From contig JNEM01009213.1 in assembly GCA_000697335.1 (NCBI GenBank), forward strand, positions 1-41,387: a DNA stretch of 41,387 bases, in the 5' to 3' direction. Both the position numbers and the translations under genes were made by a program. A model generated the notes under the pieces. It worked only from the letters and a program-made list of their open reading frames with translations, made no database searches and had not been told where the DNA came from. This document shows, piece by piece, positions 11,315-22,753 of the stretch. Source of the stretch: Conidiobolus incongruus B7586 (Eukaryota). The number at the start of each line of letters is the position of its first letter. The stretch's first letter is position 1.

Positions 11315-13416
11315 ATGAAACTTTTCAAAAGCTTATTATCACTTCCGCTGTGGGCGATTTTCGTTTCTGCAAGTTTAATATCAAGTGGTAGTGATAACTC
11401 CTGTTCCAATTCAGATCCTTCTATTTCTGTTTCTTCATTTAAAGTTCAAATTAATGATAATAATATTCAGCTTGATTTAAACGCTGATGTCCAAAAGCCT
11501 ATCACTGGAGGCAATGCAAATCTTGAAATATCCTTTGGTGGTATTAGCGTTCCTAGTATACCTATTCCAATATGTGATTTATCCACTTCCGGTTGTCCTA
11601 TTCAGCCTGGTCAATACAAACATCCAAACAGATTGACATACCTTCACAACTATCTCAACTTAATAGCGTCTTGCAACAAGTACCAGGTTTGGGCTTGGAA
11701 TTCAAATTAACTTTTACCGACGTGAATAATTTGCAATTAGGATGTACTGAAACCTCTATTGGTAACCCTATCAACACGCAAGCACCTGCTATTTCTTATG
11801 CTTCGTACGTGTTTGTAGCTGGTTCTGTCGGATTGAGCTTGTTGACTGGTTTGGGTAATTTGGGATTACACAGTGCTCATGCTAGACCTGGCTGCACTCC
11901 ATCCTTATTCGATACAGTTATGGTGCTACAAGGTTTCGCTATTAATGGTATGTTAAGCGTTAAGTATCCTTCAGTTTATTCTGGCTGGACATCGAATTTT
12001 GGCTGGATTATGGGTGCTATCAACATCCCCAGAGTTTCTAGCGCTTTAGACAAATGGATTCCTGACCAATATCAAACTAAAATCAATGTTCCAGGCTCAA
12101 ATGCTCTAACTGGCCAACTCACTCGAAGAGCCTCGATCACCAATTTCCAATGGAGCGATTTGCTGAATGCTAGCCCTGACACCGATGTGGGTATTTCTAA
12201 ATATGCTAAACTGATCAAAGTCAAGCCTGAACAGTATTTCTTAACAATTGTCATTATCTTTTTAATTTTATTCGCATGTATTACAGCGTTATGTCTTCTC
12301 TTGAGATTGATTTTGGAACTCCTTAGTATGTATAAACCCAAATTATTCACTGTACTTAGGGATCATTTCGCGTTGTACTACCTTGGTAATTTATTGCGTG
12401 TCTTCTTACTTGGATACTGCGTAATAGTAATGGCTGCCCTTTACCAGTTAACTTTGAACGGATACTGGCCAGTAACTGTGATTGCTGCCATTACACTTGG
12501 TGTGTTCTGTATTGGTTTAATGGGTTTTGTATCATTTAAAATTTTGAGAGCTGGTCCCAACAGATTATTCACCGAACCTAAATTTAAATACTCTCTAGGA
12601 CCTCTCTACACAGACTATAGAACTTCTTTATATGCTTTCTTTGTTCCTAATCTCATTTATTTGATTATTCGTGCCGTAGCAGTTGGTTTGTTAGGTAGAT
12701 ATGTCTGGGTGCAATTAATCTTATTAGTAGTTAATGAAATTGTTTACTTCATCATGATATTGGTTGCTAGACCCTACGCCTTGAGAATTGCTAACGGATT
12801 GAATGTGTTCATTAGTATTTTGAAGATCGTTAATTTGGCTTTGATTTTCTTCTTTATCCAATCCATTTCCCTGCCCAGTCTTGCTACACAGATTATTGGT
12901 ATTGTATTGATTGTTCTAAATGTCCTTCAAATTGCAGCTTTACTCATTGTAATGATCTGGTCTCTTGTTCACACCTGTAAGAGGTTAATCAAAGGAGATG
13001 GTAAATCCGATCAAGTTCCCATCAATCGCAACTCTGGCAACTTTTCCAACAGAGGACCCAAGTCTTCCATGTCCGATTCCGACTATTATAATGTCCCCAA
13101 TTCTGCCAGATCTCCCAATTCTCTCATCAACTCTGCCTATCCTAACAACCAACTTGGATCTGCCAATTCGGAATATGCCTACGAGCCATCCAGTCAAAAT
13201 CTACGAAACTCATATTACGTCACAGAGGAAACAAGCTTCCTAGACCGTCGCGAAGATCCTTACTACCGTCCCAAGCTTCCATGGATTAACCGTCCCAACC
13301 CCTCATCTCAGCAGCATCTCCCCTCGGACGCCGAATCGTACACGGATAGCTACCGCATGAGCCGCACAAACAAACCCTTCAACAACCAGAGTGTACACAC
13401 TCCCACTCATCTCTAA
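11315..13416 (+). CDS. Fungal TRP-like / flavin-carrier (FLC/Pkd2 family) membrane protein with an N-terminal ML-like domain; one-base frameshift at ~11618-11620 (~700 aa if corrected)
   Basis: ORF 11315-11710 has a signal peptide and ML-like C...ICDL...CPIQPG. ORF 11593-13416 continues with LGCTET, LQGFAINGMLSVKYPSVYSGWTSNFGW, LGPLYTDYR and ARPY plus many TM segments. One extra A in CAATACAAACATCC fuses the frames as PGQYKTSKQIDIP (2102+1 nt = 701 codons). Confidence 0.88.
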
Positions 13417-14264
13417 AACATTTCATCGCTTAGTATATATTATTTTTATTATTAATAAAATAGGTTTTTTTAATTTATTAATTATCAATATAATCTTAGT
13501 ATATTTAGTGTTTTATCATTAATATTTGATCCCCCTAATATTATCGTTATCTCGCTTCACTTAACTTTAATACCAATATCATAGTTATCAACCAATTGAT
13601 AATTAATATATTTCTTTGATTTAAAACAGAAAATTGATTGATAATATTACTTTCATATCTCTTTAATATTAGAATCATTTTCATTTATCAGTATAAATTC
13701 ATACATATTTAAAATGTATTAAATTATTAAATTAAAATATCAATAATTTATTTTTGTTGAATGTATTATTGAAACTATATAATTTATCATTGAATGAAAA
13801 ATTCTGTATGGAATCAACTCATATTATTTATATTGGATGTAATGTGATTTTAGACCATAGTTTAAAATTATTAAATTTTATAATAATTAGGTGAATCAAA
13901 TATAATTATAAACTACTAAGTATTCATACTTTGGTTAAAATATTAATACTTAGGTCTAAAAAATCAATAATAAAGTACTATTAAATATTGAAAATAGTAA
14001 TAAAAAATAAATTTGATTGACTGAATTAAAAATAATAATAAATTATATTGTAATTAAAAATATAATAAAATTTAGTTCATAACATTTGATCAAATTGAAA
14101 GTGTTAAATAATTCAAAAATAATAAATAGTCATTTGTTACCAGTTTCCTTACTATCTTGGTATTTTGCGGTATTTTTATATGATTGAGATTGTAAGTAGT
14201 ATTTTATTCACTAATATATGAACTTTTAATATAAAAGTCAAAAGTTGAATAATCTTTTACTTAT

Positions 14265-14831
14265 TTAATTTTTAGTTGAATTAGCTACGAATGCACTGAT
14301 AGCCCTAAAAAACCATTAATAATCAATTTCAAATTATATAAGATAAAACTTACAAGTAAAGATAAACGAAAACACCTAAAATAAACCCAAACATTTTTAT
14401 CATATACTCAGTCCTGTATTGAACAACCTTATGGAATACTCGAGTGGGGTCATACTTGTGCTGTTGTGTGAACAATTTGTAAAAGTTGTAACCGGCAAGG
14501 GGTAGGATTAAGAAAATAGCTACAAAACTGCCGGTAAATAGTGAGATTAGTAAGAATATTCCAGTGATGACAAGTTCTGGAATGACAAGCTAAATTGAGC
14601 CAAGTTAGCAAAGTTAGGGATACAGAAGCTAGAGAGAATTACTTGGTTCAAAGTTTTACAGCCATCAATAGGGTTAATATAATCCGATTCTAAATCGGAT
14701 ATGTTCATCAACTATATCAGTGTTAGTATTATATCATAACTCATAATATAATAAATTACTTGATACAAAGATAAGAAAAAAGCTACCAAATCCAATACTA
14801 ACAGAATAATGTATGTAACACCTAAACTCAT
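14265..14831 (-). CDS. ERV14: Cornichon-family COPII cargo receptor (Erv14/Erv15-like); exons 14831-14760, 14711-14643, 14589-14354, 14304-14265 (138 aa)
   Basis: Not in the ORF track. Spliced product: MSLGVTYIILLVLDLVAFFLSLYQ-LMNISDLESDYINPIDGCKTLNQ-LVIPELVITG...LPLAGYNFYKLFTQQHKYDPTRVFHKV...FVYLYLAISAFVANSTKN. DLESDYINPID.C..LN...PE and DPT.IF are cornichon signatures. Intron 1 has a TACTAAC branch site and intron 2 a TGCTAAC. Confidence 0.92.
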
Positions 14832-15580
14832 TTTATATTGTTTTTTAGTTACAATTTAAATATTGTAAACTTATATAATTTCAATGTTGGTTTTGGATGA
14901 CGAATTGCATTGAAGATTTAATAATTCTGAGCATTGGAATAGTCACTAAATTTTAAATTATGGGACCATAGTTGTGGATTTTTTAGTTTGATAAATTAAT
15001 TGTTGGGTGGTTAATTTTTGATGGATGAGAAATTATAAATTGGAGCCTCAATTGGAAATTGAGAGATTTTGATTTGATAGCAAATAATAAGTAGCTTTAG
15101 CAGATATCTTTTATTATGAATAATTTCAATAACCTCATTAATTTTTTTACAATATATATAAATAGATGATTTGTAATAGTCCTATATTGAAAGTTATGAT
15201 TAAAATTCTAATTTACAAATTAGATATAAATCCATTATTTTAAAGGCCAAATATTGATATAGTTCTCAAAATATTAGATATTGAGATTTAAAAATAGTAC
15301 AATAAAGAGATAATAGAATTCTGCAATAAATATATAAAATAAGTCTGGATATGATTATAGGAATTACTCACATGATCGATTGACTATTTAAATTGTTCGC
15401 TTATAAAAAACAAAAGGGAAAAAACTTAAATTGAAAAAAATTATATTAAAAAGTTGAAGCAATAACATATATAGTGTTATTTATGAAATTTGAATAGGGA
15501 AAAAGAATATTATGAAATAGTATTAATTGAATTTACCAATTGAAAGTGAGTAATGAATTATTTAGTTATATTGCATTTAA

Positions 15581-15653
15581 TCTTTCCTTGCTCAGTTGGC
15601 AGAGCGTCTACCTAATGAGCGGAAGGTCACCAATTTGATTCTGTTAGCAAGTA
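15581..15653 (+). pseudogene. tRNA-Thr(AGU)-derived pseudogene (anticodon now AAT)
   Basis: Ungapped 59/73 match to the tRNA at 8835-8907. The acceptor stem is broken, the anticodon stem has mismatches, and the T loop TTCGA is changed to TTTGA. Confidence 0.88.
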
Positions 15654-16255
15654 TAACTAATTCTTCCAGAAATTTTTACCATGTTTTGCTTATTATCTTT
15701 CATTTTACATATAAATGTTTAATAATATATTATTTTGAATTTTGTGAGATCTGAAATTTCTAAAACTTAATTTTTATTTTCATAAATGCATTTATCGAAA
15801 TAATTAGTATAAATTTTGAAATAATATTAATTATTAATAATATCTAAACCAAATTGGATATTAGCAATATACAATCAATAATAACTTAAAACAATGTTTT
15901 TAAAATATATTACATTATAAGGTTTCTATTAATTGATAAAGCATGTTTTTAATAATTCTTTAAATTTATAAAATTCATAGAATGTAAATAAAGAATAATA
16001 GTTTAGAATTTTTTTTTCAATTTTAATCTGACAAATCAACATTTAATATAGTCAAATATAACCTTTATGTATTATATTTTTATTGGAACTTGAATATATA
16101 ATATTTATCTCATTTAAATATATCAGATTTGGAAATAATTAAACAATTTTATTAAAATATAGGGCTTGGGTGATATATTGATTAAATAATAAATAAAAAT
16201 ATGGTTAAAATTACTTTTATTCTTATAATTAATGGTAGCAGCAATGAATAAGTGA

Positions 16256-17504
16256 CTAATGAGCTGGATATTGTTTTAATTGCTCTTTGTCAAATCCCAA
16301 TAGGCTAAGTCGTCCTATTAAACCTCCAAGTTGGACTAAGGATTGCATTCCATCCAATGCGAGTTTATGGGTTAATCCAATTTCCTAACCAAAATATTAG
16401 ATTAAGCTCATATTAATCATATAATAGATTACCTTTAATATCTTCAATTGAGTGCCTTCGTTAATATCGGTTGCATTTTTCACCACTTTGAAGAGTGTTG
16501 TAACGATATCTAAACTACTGTAGCCCAAGTTCCACACGTTGGTGAGTTGGTCCACTGCTTCGCGCGTGCGGCCAGCTAAACATTCGTCAACTATCAGGCG
16601 AATGAGACCGGGGTGGGGTGAGTCACACACTTTAAACACATTGTCAGGACCGACAAATTGAAAACCGGTATGTGTACTTTGTAAATTGTTCACAGCTTGA
16701 CGTAAGTCACCTTCCGATGTAAATACGAGGGCGTCTAAACCGTCGGGACTGTATTGAACCTAATTAACAATGAGTCACACATCCAAGAATAAATTAATAT
16801 AATTACCTTTTCCATTTCACAAATCTCCATCAATCTCTTAACTAACTGCTCATTAGTCAATTTAGAATATCTCAAAATAGCACATCTCGACTGGATAGGT
16901 TCAATAATTTTACTAGACAAATTACAAGCAAGCGCAAATCTGGTTGTGCTAGAGTAAATTTCCATAGTACGTCTCAAAGCTTGTTGCGCGGCTGATGTCA
17001 TACTATCCGCTTCGTCAAGGATAATGATCTTGAACTTGCCGGGAGGCAAGTTGACCTTCTTTTGCGCGAACATTTTAATACGATCGCGAACTACGTCGAT
17101 ACCTCTGTAGCAAATATTAGAACTTGCATATAACAAATTTAATAATGACAGTTGTTACCTATCATCAGATGCATTCAATTCCAGAACGGCTTCCTTAACC
17201 ATGTCACCCAACATCTCGTGAGCTAAGCACAAAATGCTGGTGGTTTTACCGATACCTGGAGCTCCCTAATACTTATTAATGCCCAGTCATATAAAAAGAC
17301 AATAAACATACTGATAAAATCAAATTTGGAAGTGAGCCAGAATTCACCATAATTTTCAATCTTTCAACAGTTTCTTCATTTCCTACAATTTCATCAAGTC
17401 TGGTGGGTCTGTACTTTTCAATCCTAGTTGATATTAATATGATATTCAATGAATCATTGTAGATTATTATACCATGGTAATTTGTTATTTTCTTGGGATG
17501 CCAT
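16256..17504 (-). CDS. RFC4: Replication factor C small subunit (yeast Rfc4 / human RFC2 ortholog); exons 17504-17473, 17423-17312, 17265-17159, 17104-16807, 16759-16433, 16384-16256 (334 aa)
   Basis: [18 protein letters not shown] (Walker A), [37 protein letters not shown] (Walker B), [22 protein letters not shown] and [11 protein letters not shown]. All introns are GT-AG and in phase. Confidence 0.97.
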
Positions 17505-17541
17505 CTTTTTGAGTTTATTGTACTGTTAATTTACTTATCTA

Positions 17542-17550
17542 AACGCGAAT
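17542..17550. promoter_or_regulatory. ACGCGAA element (MCB/SCB/E2F-like G1/S site) about 40 nt upstream of the RFC start codon; CCAAT boxes at ~17621 and ~17646
   Basis: AACGCGAAT is present in otherwise CpG-poor intergenic DNA directly upstream of a DNA replication gene. Confidence 0.5.
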
Positions 17551-19173
17551 TATTCCAACAATATAGTAAGGAAGTTAGAAATCAGTCGATTATGGGATTT
17601 AAGGAATTTAAAATAAATTGACCAATCATTATACATTATTACTCGATTGGAATTTCTTTAGATTTATAATTGGATAGTTGTATTATTTATTAAGATTATA
17701 TTCTTTGAAAATTTTATCAATAAATTTATATATTCAAAAGTTTAGTTTACTTTTTATTTATTGAATTTGTATTTTAATAGTTCATTTAATACCAATTATT
17801 CTAATTTGATTAATATAATACTTTAAATAAATTCAATATAATAACTTTAATGATAGAATTAAATAAATATCATTTTAATTAATAAGTATAATATCAAATC
17901 GTTCGTCCTTTAATTAAAATATATCTAGTATTACCAATCTATAAATGATTCTACATTTACAAAATTTTAATTTAATCGATTTATTTCAATGTATTATAAA
18001 TATCAATTTTTTATATATTGATTGCATCTTAGTTGGGTAATGCCTATTTCCCACTTTGAAAGGTTGGCTACTTAAAAAATAATACAAAGATTTATCAATC
18101 AGGGTTATGTTGTAATCACTAAATTATCAACATTCTTTCTAATTATCTTTTGAATTATAATACTGTTATATAGTTAAAAATTTTATCTTACAGAATTGTT
18201 AGTTATGAAATAATGATTAAGGAAGTTGACTTATTATTATTTATTCTAATTGAATTACATATTGGATGATTTGAATATACAATAAATTTATTCATTTTAT
18301 TTTTATTATTTTTAAATCGTTTATCTAAAATTTAATATATATATATATCATTTCATATGAAAAGTATCAATCAAAATTGTCATTAAATTTATTTAATTTC
18401 AATCAAAAACAATCAGATTCATTTTTAATAATAAAAGAATAGTCCTTTAATGAAAAATATCATATATTGGATCTATACTTACTGAAAATGTGTTATTCAT
18501 CATTGATATACGGAAAGCGTTTATATATCATGTTCCAGTATATTATATACATATTTTTATAAATTTTAAAATAAATCAATATTATCTAATATATATTATG
18601 ATTCGTATATAAAATTATCCAAAGATCTCAAAATAAATATATCCAATTCATTATAATTTTTGTATTATCTAAATAAAAATAGGTTCAATGAAATTTATAT
18701 ATGAATTTTTAAAAGTTTAAAATATATAGAAATTTTGTTATTAATTATTGAATTATATACAATCAATGCATATTTCATTATAAATAATCTATAAATTTTA
18801 ACCTTTGCAAATCCCTGCATCTAAGATTGATTTTTGTAATATCACTTCCCGGAAATTATCAAAGTATTTAGTAAGAATTTGAATTAATTGTATAATGAAA
18901 TTCTCCTTGCCGTAATAAGAACAAATCTACATTCTGTGACGGAGTAATTTAACAAATCATAAATGTGTAAATAAAATTGAGTAGATCCTAACAAATTTTT
19001 ATAACAAACTATAGATTTTGGAGAAAAAATTGGAGATTAAAATGATTGTGAGATTATCATATCATAATTAAATAATTTTAATGATTGAGATGACAAATTT
19101 AACGACTTTTATCATGTATATAAATAGGAGTTGAAAACTTTAATAAATCATTTTGAGTGTTAAAATTAAAAAG

Positions 19174-20222
19174 ATGACTATTAGATTAGTAAGTCAAGGT
19201 CCTCAAACTCTAATCCCTCTCGAAATTGAACAGGGGTGGTATTTGATGCTCAATATGGCTATGATCGCGTTTTCAGCGACTTTCATTGTTCATGCTAACT
19301 GCTGGATTAACGCATTGAAGATGTACTTCAAGGAACCAAGGCACTGGGTACATAAATTGCATCTGTTACAGACAGCTTGTGCTGTAGGCTGTCACCTGTG
19401 TCGTGTATCGGATTATTTTTGGGTCACAATTGCTACTTTAAGGGTTATTTCAATTATGTAGCCTATTTTATTGGTATTATTTTAATGGATGCTCAAGTTG
19501 CTTATAAGTTTCATTGTATTATTAGGGAAGAGACTACGAGGCATCAAAAACTGACTAAGTGGTTTAATATTCTGTTCTATGGATTGTTTATTACAGTTGG
19601 CAAAACTGCAATTGCTGTTATTTTAGTCTTTTATATGCAGTCCATGGTTGGAGTAGCTACTTTTTGCCTTGTAGCATTCCCTCCAGAAGTGTTTGCAACC
19701 GTATTGTGGGTGGATATATTCACTCATTTGGTCGCTTTTCCAATGACTCTTGCTCTTATTCGTCGCAGGGTCAAAGCTACTAAATTTGTGTCAAAAGCTC
19801 CTTTACCTTGCTGGCGGTCTAAACCTGAGAGATTTATGAACGAAATTGGATTAGATGGTGGTATTTGGTATCTTATTATATGTCATATCTTTGTAATTAT
19901 ATTATATGGTTTGGTTTACTTCAATGGAGTAGGGTTTGTGAATCCTGAAGTATTTATCCAAATCAAATGGGCCATCCAAACAAAATGTGTAAGTGTAATG
20001 ACGCAATACCACTCCAAGAAGTATATATATCCCGACATTCAACCGGAGTTTTTCGGTAGTAAAGACGCAGTACCTGGAAGATTTGCTAAATTGCCTTTCT
20101 CAGCTAATGGTTCAAGTATTAACGGTAAGCCAAATCAAAACTCTTACACTATTGGAAGTGAAAGTTGTTCAACTTCGCTCATTAAAGACCAATTCAATTC
20201 AGATAATTTAGAAAAGGTTTAA
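19174..20222 (+). pseudogene. 7TM GPCR-like gene, copy A, with a 1-nt deletion between 19428 and 19429 (recent pseudogene or assembly error; 349 aa if corrected)
   Basis: Identical to copy B from the ATG to ~20001, except GGGTCACA-ATTGC versus GGGTCACAGATTGC. The frameshift gives a stop ending at 19461. TATATAAATA lies at ~19117-19126. Confidence 0.75.
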
Positions 20223-22753
20223 TATCTATTCATTATATCAGAATTATTCAATCAAATATCGTATTAATTTATACTTTCATACCACATTGTTCATTGAAAT
20301 AAATCTACTAAAATAAATTTAGAAATTGGTAATTATTAAGCAAATATGGTTGATATCTAAATAAGTTTGAATATGATATATTACTTATCTCATTTTGTTT
20401 AATATAATATTGGTCAATATAGTAGTAAATTGATTTAATTAATTTTACAAATCATTATAATTCTAATAACTTACATATTCTCCCAACAAACAACATCTCA
20501 TATGAAGCAGCATCTTTTATAATTTATTGCCATAATCCAATTTAATATAATCCTTTTAAAATTTTTTGAATTTTAATATTAGTTTAGGAAAGAAATGGCA
20601 AATTTTTTGATTTCTGATTTTTAAAAAATAATGTTGATTTTAAATATTAATTATACATAAAGTATATAAGAGAGTCTATATTTTCAAACCATATATATTC
20701 ATTTATAGTTATTTTTTCATCAAAAATATTTTGGTTTAACAATTCAAGCTTGATTTAATTTTACTTAAAACATAATTATTAAGATTTTTATTTTATTATT
20801 AAAATTTTGCTATAAATTGTCTAAAATCATTTAAGGTTTATAAATAACTTATAAAGATTATATTTTATCTAAAACTACCATTTATTATTAGATTTGTCAT
20901 TTTAAATTTACATATAATTAGATAATAAATTTCTGTTATTTTTTATATTTTTAATAAAATAAAAAATATATTAACTAAATGATTTTATCTTTGTTAAAGG
21001 ATTATCTAAACAATTAAATATTATTTATAAAAGTATATTATATATTTTAAAGTTTAAACTTAGGTTAATTAATAAAAATATAAAATAGATACCTTATAAT
21101 TTAATAAAAGCTTAGAAAAAAATTAAAATAACTATAGCTAAATAAATCTTATTAGAATATTACTAAAAGTAAAGATTTCTATAATAAATTATTATAATTC
21201 ATATATCTTAGATTTTTTATATAATTCTTTATTTAAAAACAAAACAAAATTTTAGGTTAAGTTTAAATAATCCATTTTATAAATTCAAATAAATAAATAT
21301 TTTATTGATAAGTAAATATTATTTATTATTATATGTTATGATAATATATAGTTCTCTTGTTTAATACCTAAAGGTAAATTAATTAATTATAAGTTTAATA
21401 TTATTTTATTAAATAAATAAATTTTTAATTAGTGTTTTTATTATATATTAAAGATACTTATTATTTTACATATTAGTTGCAGATTATATAAAGTTAAACT
21501 TATAAAAGACTTTCTATATAAAAGTCTAGGAAAAGCTACTACATCTAGTATATTTATTGGATTATAACTTATATGGCTATAATTGATTTGGATAATTAAA
21601 AAATATGCTTATAGGAAAAAAATTGATATAAATAAATCAAATTTGTTTTTAGAAACATTGAATTTCAGTTTTTAATAAAAAACTGTTTTTTTAGATATTA
21701 GAATCTTGCTAAGAGTATAATAAAGAGCTATTAATAATAAAAAAGAATATCAATTTTGTATTGTGTAATAATTTCTATAAATTATATATTAATAAACTTA
21801 TTTAATTTTGATTTTAAAATTTGCTATTATTTAATTTCTATACTAATATATTAATATTTTGAAGTACTATAGAATTACTGTGTTTATAATAATATTAATA
21901 ATATAATACTTGAACCAAATTTTATTATAATACATTTAATAGCTTTATAATAGCAATTAGAATCTATTTTAGTAAATCACAGTTGTGTCTTTAACCAATA
22001 AATTCAAAATTTCATCTTCCAAACTTATTAGATTTAAATTCATAAAATTATACAATAGTATATAATAATTTACATCGTCGATAGTCCCACTATTATTGGG
22101 TTTTTATCTTGTATCAATACATTTTAGCATCAAATTAGAATTTATCTATTAGAGATAGCACCATATATACTCAACTTGAATATATATTGGCACAGAAGCT
22201 ATTGTATCTATCCAAAAATTGGAACTGAAACAATAATATTATATTGTCTATTTCTGAAAATATTCTAAAACTGTATTTAAAAAATCATTCCAATTTAAAT
22301 ATTAAAAAAGCAAATTAAGTCCTACAAGTTGGAATACTTTGAGATATGTAAAAATGATTGAATATATTGAAATTCCAATTTTAAAATTATCTATGCATTC
22401 TATTCTGGTTAGTTATGAATATTTTAAATCTATCCAATTGTCGAAATGAGACAGTAAATTGTTAATTATAAATCAAAAGTTTTTTCATTCACTCTTACAG
22501 GATATTATGATTATATAATTTGTCCTTATAGTAGTTGGTAATAAAGCCAAGTGCATCAAGATTTTTTAATCAATAGTCTACAAAACAATATTAAAATTAG
22601 TTAATAATTGTTAATTCTATCCTAAATATATTATATTAATTGAGTTTGACCAATATTGTTTAAGTATCAAATTGGGAATAGCTTATATAAGATAAAGAAT
22701 TTATCAAATTTGAAAATTTATCCAATTAAACAATTTTTTAGTATGAAAAAGCT

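Noticed and set aside
12072..13243. Overlapping ORFs within the FLC-like gene
   Set aside because: Alternative-frame or antisense shadows.
14683..14706. Hairpin ATCCGATTCTAAATCGGAT
   Set aside because: It falls in the cornichon exon encoding the conserved SDLESD and is explained by codon content.
21960..22560. Possible decayed coding sequence next to 7TM copy B
   Set aside because: No motif could be confidently assigned.
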